Assembly: GCA_965215565.1 (NCBI GenBank)
Contig: CBDCDZ010000004.1
Coordinates: 3,904,001-3,968,000 of the forward strand
Direction: 5' to 3'
Source: Trueperaceae bacterium
GTDB lineage: Bacteria > Deinococcota > Deinococci > Deinococcales > Trueperaceae
DNA length: 64,000 nt
Positions 1 to 9,212 of the stretch are shown here, piece after piece. The notes under the pieces were generated by a model. It saw nothing but the letters and a program-made list of their open reading frames with translations, was not told the DNA's origin and made no database searches. Position 1 is the stretch's first letter, and each line of letters opens with the position of its first letter. The position numbers and the translations under genes were made by a program.

Positions 1-579
1 CCTATCGGCATCGGCGCGCGGCACTCGGCGTGGGCGATAGGCTTAAACGAGGTGGCGCGGCGCTCTATCACGAGCGACGCGGCGTGGCGCGGCGGCAGCT
101 ATCCGCTGGGCGAGCAGCCGGAGACGGGGCTCGGCTTGGCGCGGGCGGTGGCGATGCTCTCCTACCGTTCGGTGGACTCGCTGGACGCCAAGTTCGGGCG
201 GGAGCGCGTCTCTCACTCGCGCGACCTCTTGAGCAAGTCCTTCGAGATCGAGTCGTACCTCGACTATCAGGGGGTTAAACTCGTGCAGCGTTTCGACGCG
301 AACACGTACCTCTACCTCACCAAAGCGATGGACGACTACGACCTCTCCGAGAAACGCGGGCGGCTCTCACACGTCCTTAAAAAGATGACCATGCCCGCGC
401 TCGTCATGGGTATTAACAGCGACGTGCTCTACCCGGAAAGGGAGCAGCGGCAACTCATAGAGGGCTTGCCGAACGCGCTTTACGCCCGCATCACCTCGCC
501 GCACGGTCACGACGCTTTTTTGATCGAATTTCCGCAGCTCGCGGTGCGGCTCAGACGTTTTCTAGCTGAGAGCGTTTAG
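1..579 (+). CDS. metX: Homoserine O-acetyltransferase, 3' part (5' end outside window)
   Basis: Frame open from position 1; motifs ESYLDYQG, RFDANTYLYLTKAMD, SDVLYP and SPHGHDAFL (catalytic Asp/His). Confidence 0.92.
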   Translation, partial: PIGIGARHSAWAIGLNEVARRSITSDAAWRGGSYPLGEQPETGLGLARAVAMLSYRSVDSLDAKFGRERVSHSRDLLSKSFEIESYLDYQGVKLVQRFDANTYLYLTKAMDDYDLSEKRGRLSHVLKKMTMPALVMGINSDVLYPEREQRQLIEGLPNALYARITSPHGHDAFLIEFPQLAVRLRRFLAESV

Positions 580-607
580 CGTTTGAATAAGGGCGAAAAC
601 ACGCGCC

Positions 608-626
608 AAATGTGAACTTTCTAACA
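608..626. promoter_or_regulatory. CRP-family-like binding site
   Basis: AAATGTGA-ACTTTC-TAACA; 9/10 match to TGTGA-N6-TCACA; upstream of the GGDEF/EAL gene. Confidence 0.45.
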
Positions 627-806
627 CCTGAGGGTCTAAAAGCCACAATGATGTCGGTTCTCTCGGTTGCAAGGCGTCTTCTGTCATAAGCTGTTATCTA
701 ATGCTGACAAGTTGGACTAACTTAAACGTTTCTCTACGCTTTGCTTTGGTACATGCAGCAGAAAGTGCGGCGCAAGGTATAGCGCAAGGTACGGCGAACT
801 AGGGTC

Positions 807-3155
807 ATGTTCTGGATCATCTTCGCCTTTATCGTCTCGAGCAAATGCTTGGCCCTCGCCCTCTATGCGTATCGCAACCGGAGCGTGCCGGCCGCCTCCA
901 TCTTCGTGCCCTTTTCGCTGCTGCTCGCGCTCTGGTCAGCGGGCTACGGGATGGAGCTGCTCAGCGAGGGCGTCGCGGCGAAGCTGTGGTGGGCGAGGGT
1001 GCAGTACGTCGGCATCGCGCCCATCCCAGTGGTCTGGTTCGCGCTCATGCTCCAGTACGCCCACCGGACGAGTTGGCTCAAAATGCGCGTTCTCGTGGCG
1101 CTCTCGGCGGTGCCGATAGGGACGCTCCTTCTGGTCTACACGAATGGGGCACACGGGCTTTTCTGGCGCGGCGCTCAGGTTGAAGCGTGGGGCGCGATCA
1201 CGCTCCTGGACCTCTCCTACGGTCCCTGGTTCTGGGTGCACATGGGGTACTCCTACGCGCTCCTCTTCGCGGGGATGGGGCTTCTAGGGTGGATGTTCGC
1301 GGGCTCGCTCTACTTGCACCGCAAGCAGTCCTCGAGCCTCCTCTTGGGCGGGCTCACGCCCGTGGCGCTCAACGTGCTCTACCTCTTCTTTCCGAACTTG
1401 CCCATCGATCTCACCCCCTACGGCTTCGGCTTGGGGATGCTCGCGGTGGCTCTGGGGTTTTTTTACTTCTACATCCCTGACCCTTTGCCAAACGCGAGAG
1501 CCGTCGTCATCGAAAACATGGCGGACAGCGTGATCGTGTTGGACGCGCGTCACCGCGTCGTGGACTTAAACCGCGCGGCGCTCTCTCTTCTAGACGTGCC
1601 CGCGAGTGAAATCATCGGACGCCCTGTCACGCGGGTGCTGCCGATCTGGTCAGGTTTGGAGGACTGGTTGAGCGGTGCGCCCGACGAGCCGCAAGAGGTC
1701 AGCGTGCAGGAACCTTTATGGGGTCAGATGCAGGGTCAGGTGCAGGGCGCGCCGCCCAAGTACTACCGTCTGCGCGCCTCGAGCGTACGGGAGCCGCGCG
1801 CCGACTTCTCGGGTCAGGTCTTAGTGATTCAAGATATCACTGAGGAGAGGACGCGCCACCTTCTCGTCGAAAGGATGGCGTACAGCGACGCGCTGACGGG
1901 TTTGACCAATCGCCGTGGCCTTTTGGAGCGAGGCGAGGCGCTTTTAGAACGCGCTGAGGCGAGTGGGCAAAACGTGATGCTCTTCTACCTCGACCTCAAC
2001 CGCTTCAAAAACATCAACGACACCTTGGGGCACGCGGCGGGTGACCAGTTACTCGTCCAGGCAGCCGAACGCCTCTACAACGCGGTCAAAGAGGACTATC
2101 TCTTGGCGCGCTTAGGCGGCGACGAGTTCGCGCTCGTCGCGCCTGGGCTCGGTGAAACAGACGCGCAACGGCTCGCCGAACGCCTGCTCGCCGAGCTGCG
2201 CCGCCCCTTCACGCTGCAAGGGCACACCCTCCACGTGGATGCGAGCGTCGGCGTCGCGGTCTATCCCCACAACGGCGAAAGCGTAGACGGTCTCTTAAAG
2301 TGCGCTGATATCGCCATGTATAGCGTCAAGGAGGGGCGCTCTATCTCACCCTTTTATAGCGATTCGCAGGGGGCGCGGCGGCGCGATCTACTCACCTTAG
2401 AAGAGAGGCTCCGCTACGCCCTGCGTAACGAGCGGCTGCACCTGTGCTATCAGCCTATCTCGAGCCTCCAAACGAGCCGCGTGGTAGGCGCAGAGGCGCT
2501 CCTGCGCTGGGAAGACGCGGCGGGCGAAGTCGCCTCGCCCGCAACCTTCATCCCCTTCGCCGAAGAACTCGGGCTGATCCGCGAGATCGACGAGTGGGTG
2601 CTCGCCAAGGCGTTCGAGACCCTGGCGGCTGGCGCGGAAGCCAACCCTGAAGCAGGTAAGAACCCGGTGCCCACTTGGGTCTCGATCAACGTCTCCGCCC
2701 GCTCGTTCCGCGAGGGTTCGCTCGTCAGCTACCTCATCAAGTTGCTCAGCACCACGCTCATAGACCACAGGGCGGTGGTTTTAGAGATCACCGAGAGCGC
2801 CTTTTTAGACCCCGCCTCGAGCTTAGACATCCTGCATGACCTCAAAGCGATGGGGCTGCGCGTCGCTGTGGACGACTTCGGCACGGGCTACTCGTCGCTC
2901 TCGTACTTAGAGAGCCTCCCCGTCGACATCCTCAAGATCGACAAGCGGTTCGTGTGGGGTATCGGCAAAAGCCGCGCGAAAGAGGCTATCGTGCGCACCA
3001 TCATCACGCTCGCACACAACCTGGGCGTGAGCGTGCTCGCCGAGGGCGTCGAAACCGAGGCGCAGAGGCGCTGGCTCAGGGCGGAAGGCTGCGACTTAGC
3101 GCAGGGGTATTTGCTCGGCAAACCGCAGCCGCCGCAGGCGCTTCTGAAGTATTAA
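807..3155 (+). CDS. Membrane diguanylate cyclase/phosphodiesterase (HisKA_7TM-like, PAS, GGDEF, EAL)
   Basis: Multi-TM N-terminus; PAS-like DSVIVLD..VVDLN; RLGGDEF; AEALLRW; DDFGTGYSS; LKID; AEGVET. Confidence 0.93.
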   Translation: MFWIIFAFIVSSKCLALALYAYRNRSVPAASIFVPFSLLLALWSAGYGMELLSEGVAAKLWWARVQYVGIAPIPVVWFALMLQYAHRTSWLKMRVLVALSAVPIGTLLLVYTNGAHGLFWRGAQVEAWGAITLLDLSYGPWFWVHMGYSYALLFAGMGLLGWMFAGSLYLHRKQSSSLLLGGLTPVALNVLYLFFPNLPIDLTPYGFGLGMLAVALGFFYFYIPDPLPNARAVVIENMADSVIVLDARHRVVDLNRAALSLLDVPASEIIGRPVTRVLPIWSGLEDWLSGAPDEPQEVSVQEPLWGQMQGQVQGAPPKYYRLRASSVREPRADFSGQVLVIQDITEERTRHLLVERMAYSDALTGLTNRRGLLERGEALLERAEASGQNVMLFYLDLNRFKNINDTLGHAAGDQLLVQAAERLYNAVKEDYLLARLGGDEFALVAPGLGETDAQRLAERLLAELRRPFTLQGHTLHVDASVGVAVYPHNGESVDGLLKCADIAMYSVKEGRSISPFYSDSQGARRRDLLTLEERLRYALRNERLHLCYQPISSLQTSRVVGAEALLRWEDAAGEVASPATFIPFAEELGLIREIDEWVLAKAFETLAAGAEANPEAGKNPVPTWVSINVSARSFREGSLVSYLIKLLSTTLIDHRAVVLEITESAFLDPASSLDILHDLKAMGLRVAVDDFGTGYSSLSYLESLPVDILKIDKRFVWGIGKSRAKEAIVRTIITLAHNLGVSVLAEGVETEAQRRWLRAEGCDLAQGYLLGKPQPPQALLKY

Positions 3156-3221
3156 AGCGCTTCAGTTAGGTTCTGTTGATATTTCAAACCGTCTGTTTTA
3201 CCTCTTCATGTGTAAGAGAGG

Positions 3222-3329
3222 TAATACCAAAGTGATTCAAGGGTGTCACAACGTGACTTCCTTAAACGCTCTATGAGCGTAACTTCTAACGTCCTCACAT
3301 TGTGACACCTCCTTTTCAGTCTGGTATAA
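3222..3329. mobile_element. MITE-like element family A, copy 1
   Basis: TACCAAAGTGA...TCAGTCTGGTA termini plus inner IR GGTGTCACAA/TTGTGACACC; similar to 3465-3573. Confidence 0.6.
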
Positions 3330-3337
3330 GGAGCAAG

Positions 3338-3453
3338 GGTAGTGGCTCTGTCCGGGATGATAGCGGTGTCAAAGCAAGGGGTTTCAACCCCTTGTTTATC
3401 ACGCAGAGACGGTAGAAGAAGCGTACGGTGGCATTCGACTCAGAACCATTACC
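3338..3453. mobile_element. IS1-like MITE family B, copy 1
   Basis: TIR GGTAGTGGCTCTG / CAGAACCATTACC; 8-bp direct repeat GGAGCAAG at 3330-3337 and 3454-3461; similar to 23098-23212. Confidence 0.8.
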
Positions 3454-3464
3454 GGAGCAAGAAG

Positions 3465-3573
3465 TAATACTAAAGTGAAGTTTAGATGTCGTACTTTTGA
3501 CATCTAAACCGCGCGTGAGCGCGTACCCTCAGACGCTCTCAATTTACGACATCCTTGAATCAGGTTAGTATAA
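3465..3573. mobile_element. MITE-like element family A, copy 2
   Basis: TACTAAAGTGA...TCAGGTTAGTA termini; inner IR GATGTCGTA/TACGACATC; nearly the same length as copy 1. Confidence 0.6.
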
Positions 3574-3608
3574 GAAGGCTGTAAAGTACACGGGTTTACC
3601 TTGCTTGT

Positions 3609-3713
3609 TAGAGCGATTTTCTCAAAGGCCAAATGTCAACACAGCCAAATCAACGTTTCAGGCTTTTCTAACATACTGAAACGCTTCTCGGTGAGAAGGT
3701 CAAGGTTGCTCTA
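3609..3713. mobile_element. Possible MITE-like element (single copy in window)
   Basis: Imperfect TIR TAGAGCGATTTT / AAGGTTGCTCTA, ~105 bp. Confidence 0.35.
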
Positions 3714-3840
3714 CAAGAGGTTGAAGCGGTTGCTCATCCGTCACCGACAGCCCTGCTAGAAGTTTCACAGACGCTTCATGAGGTTCAGCGAACCTTAACT
3801 TTCTAACACGCTGACCCCCGCGTAACGCCTAACATGACCT

Positions 3841-4962
3841 ATGTTCCGTTACGGTTACGTTCCCTACATCTTCGCGGGGCTGCTCGGCTCCCTCGCCCTC
3901 GCCTGGACGCTCTTCGCCCCGTCCGCCGCCTGGGTCAACAGCGTCTATTCGAGCTACGTGTACCGTCACGTCGCGGCGGTGCTCGTGCCGCTGAGCGACG
4001 CGGTGCCCTTTTCGCTGACGGGGTTCGCCGCCCTTTTGCTCCTTGGCGGCGTACCGCTTCTCGTCGCCCGCTCGTGGCGGCGGCGCACGCCGACGAAAGG
4101 GGGCGTGCGCTGCTTCGCCCTCTTATGGTGTTGGCGCGTCGCGGCGTCCTCCGTCGCGCTCTACGCGCTCTTCTTGGCGACGTGGGGGGCGAACTACAGC
4201 CGCAGCCCGCTGGAGACGCGCCTCTCGTTAGAGACCACGCTCGCCACCACTGAAGAGATGACGGACCTCACGCTGAGCCTGGCGCAGATCGTCGCGGACA
4301 ACGCCGAGGCTGCGCGCAACCCCAACCTCGCTGCCTCACTGCGCGCCGCGCAAGCCTCCTTGAAAGAGGTCGTGTACGACTTCGAAGGGCAATTTGTAAC
4401 GCTCCCCTCGAGGGTCAAAGCCACCCCGCCCGGACTCCTGATACTGGGCGGACAGGCGTCCGGCGTGATCTCGCCATTTTTCCTCGAGGCGCACGTAGAC
4501 GGCGCGCTGCCCGACTACACGTTTTTAGCGGTAGGCTTACACGAACTCGCGCACGTCGCGGGCTACAGCAGCGAAGCCGAGGCGGACTTCGTCGCGGCGA
4601 TGGCGGGCTTAAAGGCGCATGACCCCTACGTGCGCTACAGCACCGCGCTGAGCCTCTTCTCGCGCTTCGCGTGGCGGCTCCCCGGCGAGACGTACAGAGC
4701 CGCTTACGATTTGCTCCCCGAAGTCGCTCTGGCTGACCTCGCCGAACGCCAAGCGGTGCGCGCCAAGTACAGCCCGCCCGCGCCCGTCCAGAAGGTGCAG
4801 ACCAAAGTCTACGATTCCTACTTGCGCACGCAGGGCGTGAGCGCGGGCATTCAGGACTACGGGCGCGTCGCGAACTACCTCGCCTCGGCGCAGCGCGAAG
4901 GGCTCCTCGCCCTGCCGCACATCGTCAGCATCCGGGCGAGCGCAGAAGTGAGGCTCGAGTAA
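3841..4962 (+). CDS. DUF3810-family membrane-anchored putative zinc metallopeptidase
   Basis: N-terminal TMs; WGANYSR; PFFLEA; HELAHxxGYxxEAEADF. Confidence 0.8.
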   Translation: MFRYGYVPYIFAGLLGSLALAWTLFAPSAAWVNSVYSSYVYRHVAAVLVPLSDAVPFSLTGFAALLLLGGVPLLVARSWRRRTPTKGGVRCFALLWCWRVAASSVALYALFLATWGANYSRSPLETRLSLETTLATTEEMTDLTLSLAQIVADNAEAARNPNLAASLRAAQASLKEVVYDFEGQFVTLPSRVKATPPGLLILGGQASGVISPFFLEAHVDGALPDYTFLAVGLHELAHVAGYSSEAEADFVAAMAGLKAHDPYVRYSTALSLFSRFAWRLPGETYRAAYDLLPEVALADLAERQAVRAKYSPPAPVQKVQTKVYDSYLRTQGVSAGIQDYGRVANYLASAQREGLLALPHIVSIRASAEVRLE

Positions 4963-5012
4963 AGAGGGAAGGTGACAAGAGGTTGTGCGTCGCCCTGATA
5001 AGCTAGGGCGTT

Positions 5013-5897
5013 TTGAACGTTACAAGCTCGAGTCCAACACCACCAACACTAGGTGTCGCGTTAGGCGGCGGCACAGCGCGGGCGTACGCGCACGTGGGAG
5101 CGCTCCGCGTGTTGGAAGAGGCGGGCTATGCTCCTGGCGTGCTCGCAGGCACGAGCTACGGCGCGCTCCTCGCGGCGCTCTACGCCCTGGAGCCGGACGC
5201 GCGAAAGATCGCGCGCTGGGCGAGCGAGCAGAATATGGTGACGTGGTGGTCGCGCAACCTCGACGCGGGCTTCTCCAGGGCGAGCTTAGTGGCGGGGGAG
5301 AAGATCGAGCGGTGGCTGGAGACGCTCTTCGGCGGGGCGACGTTCGCCGATACCTCCGTTCCGCTGCTTATCGCCTGTACGGACGTGGATACGGGCGAAC
5401 TGGTCCTCTTGCAAGAGGGCTCGCTGGCGCGCGCGGTGCGCTCGAGTTGCGCCCTGCCGGGGCTCTACGCCGTGCCTGAGGTGGCGGGGCGGCGTCTCAT
5501 CGACGGCGGCTTCGTTATGCCCGTGCCCGCCCGACCTCTTCTAGCAGTGAGCGAGGTGGTCGTCGCGCTGCACGCGGGCGTCGAGGTTGAGCGCGCCGCC
5601 TCGGTTCGTCTCATCAAGCGGTGGCACGCCTCCACACTCGGGCAGACGCTCCACGCCCGCTCCCTCCGCTCGGCGAGCCGCACCCCTTGGAGCGCTCTCA
5701 GCAAAGGACTCGCGCACGCGAGCGCCTCCTATAGCCGCGCGCAACCTCTTCCCGCCGAATGTTTGCTCGTCAAGACCGCGCCGCCTATAGCTTGGTGGGA
5801 CTTCCACAAGTCGGACGCGGCGGTGGCAGCGGGCGAGCGGGCGATGCGCGCGGCGCTGCCCGAGCTGACGAAGCGGTTCGAGGATACACTGAACTGA
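5013..5897 (+). CDS. Patatin-like phospholipase
   Basis: ALGGGTAR..AHVG, GTSYG nucleophile motif, DGG. Confidence 0.9.
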   Translation: MNVTSSSPTPPTLGVALGGGTARAYAHVGALRVLEEAGYAPGVLAGTSYGALLAALYALEPDARKIARWASEQNMVTWWSRNLDAGFSRASLVAGEKIERWLETLFGGATFADTSVPLLIACTDVDTGELVLLQEGSLARAVRSSCALPGLYAVPEVAGRRLIDGGFVMPVPARPLLAVSEVVVALHAGVEVERAASVRLIKRWHASTLGQTLHARSLRSASRTPWSALSKGLAHASASYSRAQPLPAECLLVKTAPPIAWWDFHKSDAAVAAGERAMRAALPELTKRFEDTLN

Positions 5898-5898
5898 T

Positions 5899-7104
5899 AT
5901 GTACGTCTTTCTGCCCCTCTCGAAAACAGCTTGGTTCGTCGCGCTAGAGAACCTGCATCACGTCCTCGCGGCTAAAGAGGTTGCTTCGGTGCGGCGGGCG
6001 TATACAGCGCTCTACACCGCGCTGAGCGAAGCCGCCGCGCCCGACTTAGCGAGCGCGGCGGCGCGGGATTTGCTCTATCTGGACTCGAGCCTCGCTCACG
6101 CCGCGATGCGCGCGGCCTCTTCTCAAGGGGTGCCGGTGGGACTCTTAGCGGGTGCGCGCGCTGACCTCGAAGACCTTCTCGACTTGCTCAAACGTGACTG
6201 GCAACGTGAGTGTGAGCAGATGGGGGAGAGCGTGCCGCCGCTCGCCGAGTTAGCACCCCCTCTTGCTTCAGAACTCGACCTGACCCAACTGGACGCCGAA
6301 GAGGTCTTGGACAAGCTCTTGGCGCACTACGCACAACATGGCGCGGGACTGCTCGCCCGCTACCGCGCGTTTCGCTGGACGGGTCAGCGCTTAGAGGGCG
6401 TGGCGCATCCCGCACAGAGGCGCGCGCGGTTAATCGGTCTTGAGCGTCCTTTGGCACGACTCGAGCAGAACACCGAGGCGTTTTTAGCGCGTCAGCCCGC
6501 GCAGCACACGCTCCTCTACGGACCGCGCGGCAGCGGCAAGTCCACCGCCGTCAAGCGCCTCTTGCCGCGCTACGCCGAGCGCGGCTTGCGTTTAGTCGAG
6601 CTTCCGGCGGCGCACCTCGCCGACTTGCTAAGCGTCACTGAACATCTGCGCGGACGCCCGCACCGCTACATCCTCTTCGTGGACGACTTGAGCTTCACGG
6701 GGGAGGACACGGGTTATGCGCCCCTCAAGACGCTCTTAGAAGGCTCGCTCACCGAGCGCCCCGAGAACGTCCTCATCTATGCGACGAGCAACCGCCGCCA
6801 CCTCGTCAGCGAGCGCTTCTCGGACCGCCCTGATCCCTTAAACGACCCCTCTTACAACGATGTACATGCCTGGGACACGCAGCACGAGCGCCTCGCTTTA
6901 GCAGACCGCTTCGGCTTGACGCTGACCTTTCCCAACGCCACGCAGTCGCGCTACTTGGGCATCGTGCGGGGATTGGCGGCGCAAGGGGGGCTGGAGGCGG
7001 ACGACTTGGAAGCGAGGGCGGTTCGCTTCGCCGAGTGGGGCAACGGCTACTCGGGGCGCACGGCGCAGCAGTTCGTGGACGCGATGCGCGCGGGCTTAGT
7101 GTAG
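5899..7104 (+). CDS. DUF815-family AAA+ ATPase
   Basis: Walker A GPRGSGKS; FVDDLSF; LKTLLEG; YATSNRRHL; LADRFG; SGRTAQQF. Confidence 0.9.
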   Translation: MYVFLPLSKTAWFVALENLHHVLAAKEVASVRRAYTALYTALSEAAAPDLASAAARDLLYLDSSLAHAAMRAASSQGVPVGLLAGARADLEDLLDLLKRDWQRECEQMGESVPPLAELAPPLASELDLTQLDAEEVLDKLLAHYAQHGAGLLARYRAFRWTGQRLEGVAHPAQRRARLIGLERPLARLEQNTEAFLARQPAQHTLLYGPRGSGKSTAVKRLLPRYAERGLRLVELPAAHLADLLSVTEHLRGRPHRYILFVDDLSFTGEDTGYAPLKTLLEGSLTERPENVLIYATSNRRHLVSERFSDRPDPLNDPSYNDVHAWDTQHERLALADRFGLTLTFPNATQSRYLGIVRGLAAQGGLEADDLEARAVRFAEWGNGYSGRTAQQFVDAMRAGLV

Positions 7105-7273
7105 CTAACTGCGAGCGGGGGTTGAGAACGCCGCGTTCACCAAATCTCCATGAAGCTCACATTGACGCCCTTGGAACGTTTTGAGCGCAGAGAGGTTGTT
7201 AGGCTGAGCCCACACACCTCATGACCTCATCCGCTACTTTGTCCTAAATATCACTCTGTCCTAATATTGCTTT

Positions 7274-7408
7274 CAGCACTTCCAGAACATACTGAGACAG
7301 ATTGCCGCAGGTATCATCTCCGAAAGTGGGTGCTCATCAATGTTTTATACAGTGAGAGTGTTTCAGACCAGCTCCGAACGTTAGTGAGACAGACTTTGAT
7401 ACCTGCTA
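7274..7408. mobile_element. MITE family C, copy 1 (with ~24-nt insertion)
   Basis: Shares AACATACTGAGAC...GTGTTTCAGACCAG...GATACCTGCTA with 49023-49133 and 49321-49431. Confidence 0.7.
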
Positions 7409-7431
7409 TTTGACCCAGCAAAGGTGACGAC

Positions 7432-8463
7432 ATGGCGAGACTTCTACCCCTCATCCTCCTCTTCTTAGGCGCGTGCAGCTTCTTGCCGCTCCGCCCTACC
7501 ATCGACCTCTTGAATTCGCTGCCGGGACCGACCTCGGGTAGTTTCACGCTGGACACGTCCGCGACTACACTTGATCTCTTGCCGCTGCTCGGCAACCCTG
7601 AAGGAAGCTTCCGCGAGACGCTGCCGGTGGGCGGCGCGAGCGTCCCCCTCTCGCTCACGTTGCCGAACGAAGCGGGGCAGCCGCTCGATTTGAGGGCGGA
7701 GCCGCTGCCCGTCACGCTGCAAGCTGCGACGCTCAGCTACGCTCTGAACTTGGCGAGTGAGAATTTGACGGGTGACCTGGAGGTGCAGCCCTACTTGGCA
7801 CCCTCTGGCGGCGGCTCTATCGTGCAGCCTGAATACGCTTTGGGCGAGCCCCAGCGCGTGACACTGGGCGGCGCGAATACCTTTCAAGCGGACGTGGCCC
7901 TAAATGACGCGCAGCTTGCGGGCATCAACGACAGAGGGTTGCGTCTGGCGCTTCGGGTCTCCGGCAGCGCGGGCGTCGCTTCGGCGGGCGAGGTGACGCT
8001 GAGCTACGAGTTTTCAGCCCTCGAGCTAGACGTCGGCGCACTCGGCGCGAGCACGAATACCCGCCTGCCCGACGCGGACGGTGAAGCGTTCGACTTCAGT
8101 GAGGTCCAAGTGCCCGGACCCGGGCGGCTCATCGGCGCTGACCTAGACTACGCCCTCACCCTGTCACACAACGCGGACTCGAGCGGCACCCTCACCGCGC
8201 AGGTCTACCTCGCGCCTCCCGGTACCGATGTGCTGTGGCAAGAGGCGTACTTGTTCGACACCGTGGAGGTAGACTTGCAGCAGCGAGAGGTGAACCTAGC
8301 GAGCCGCGCGAGCCTGAACGACGCGCAGCGCCCCCTACTGGACGAGAAACGGTTGCGCTTCGGCGTGCGCGTCACCGGAGACGGGGAAGTGACGCTCGGT
8401 GAACCGGTGAGCATCCTTTACAATATAGAGCAGCTCGACCTCACGGTGAGCTACGCGCTCTAA
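7432..8463 (+). CDS. Lipoprotein of unknown function with two tandem ~130-aa beta-rich repeats
   Basis: Lipobox LGAC; duplicated LP..G..D / YAL.L / YLAP / LNDAQ / LR...RV.G. Confidence 0.75.
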   Translation: MARLLPLILLFLGACSFLPLRPTIDLLNSLPGPTSGSFTLDTSATTLDLLPLLGNPEGSFRETLPVGGASVPLSLTLPNEAGQPLDLRAEPLPVTLQAATLSYALNLASENLTGDLEVQPYLAPSGGGSIVQPEYALGEPQRVTLGGANTFQADVALNDAQLAGINDRGLRLALRVSGSAGVASAGEVTLSYEFSALELDVGALGASTNTRLPDADGEAFDFSEVQVPGPGRLIGADLDYALTLSHNADSSGTLTAQVYLAPPGTDVLWQEAYLFDTVEVDLQQREVNLASRASLNDAQRPLLDEKRLRFGVRVTGDGEVTLGEPVSILYNIEQLDLTVSYAL

Positions 8464-9212
8464 CTAGGGCCCTCGAGCCAGCCCGCCAGCCACGCCTCGG
8501 CGTGCGGCATTCCGCTCTCCCGCGCAGCGTCTACGAGAGGTGCAATGTCATAAGGGACGCGGCGGAAGGTGAGGCTGGGTTGACCTTGAACTGCGCTTAG
8601 AAGGGCGTACTCTGCCCAGTGCGGATGCACCGCGCCCGCCGCTCCCTCGAAGAAGGCAAAGGGCAGCCCGGCGCTGCCGGGGTTGACCAAAAATCCCTCT
8701 CTGTAGCGACGTAAAAGCTGCGTATGCGTATGACCGCCCGCCATCACCTGAGCGTGTCCGCCTGCAGGTTCACCCGCGAAAAGGTCCTCCAGTGTTTCGT
8801 CCGGTGTCGTTGCGACAATCACGTCGTTGAAAGATTGGGGCGAGCCGTGGAAACAGAGGAGCGAGATACCCTCCTCCTCGAACCTCAGTGTCGGCTCGAA
8901 GGTGCGCACGAACGCTAGGTCGTCCTCTTCCACCTGTTCGGCGCACCACGCTTCGATGTCGAAGATGAGCTGCGCGTCGTCGCCTGTAACCTCTTCGCGC
9001 CGACGCGGCTTGAGCAGCGAGGCGTCGGTGTTGCCCATCACCACCGGACAGCCCAACGCTTTGATGCTCGAGAGCGCCTCACGCGGCTGCGGACCGAAGT
9101 TCGCCGCGTCGCCTAAACAGACGATTCGCTCCGCGCCAACCTCTTTGATGTCTCTAAGAACGGCTTCTAAACCGGGTAAGTTTCCGTGAATATCTGCGAT
9201 GAGCGCGATCAT
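8460..9212 (-). CDS. Metallophosphoesterase (calcineurin-like, YfcE-type)
   Basis: ADIHGN, LGD, GNTD, HGSP, GHTH, NPGS. Confidence 0.9.
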   Translation of the reverse strand: MIALIADIHGNLPGLEAVLRDIKEVGAERIVCLGDAANFGPQPREALSSIKALGCPVVMGNTDASLLKPRRREEVTGDDAQLIFDIEAWCAEQVEEDDLAFVRTFEPTLRFEEEGISLLCFHGSPQSFNDVIVATTPDETLEDLFAGEPAGGHAQVMAGGHTHTQLLRRYREGFLVNPGSAGLPFAFFEGAAGAVHPHWAEYALLSAVQGQPSLTFRRVPYDIAPLVDAARESGMPHAEAWLAGWLEGPS

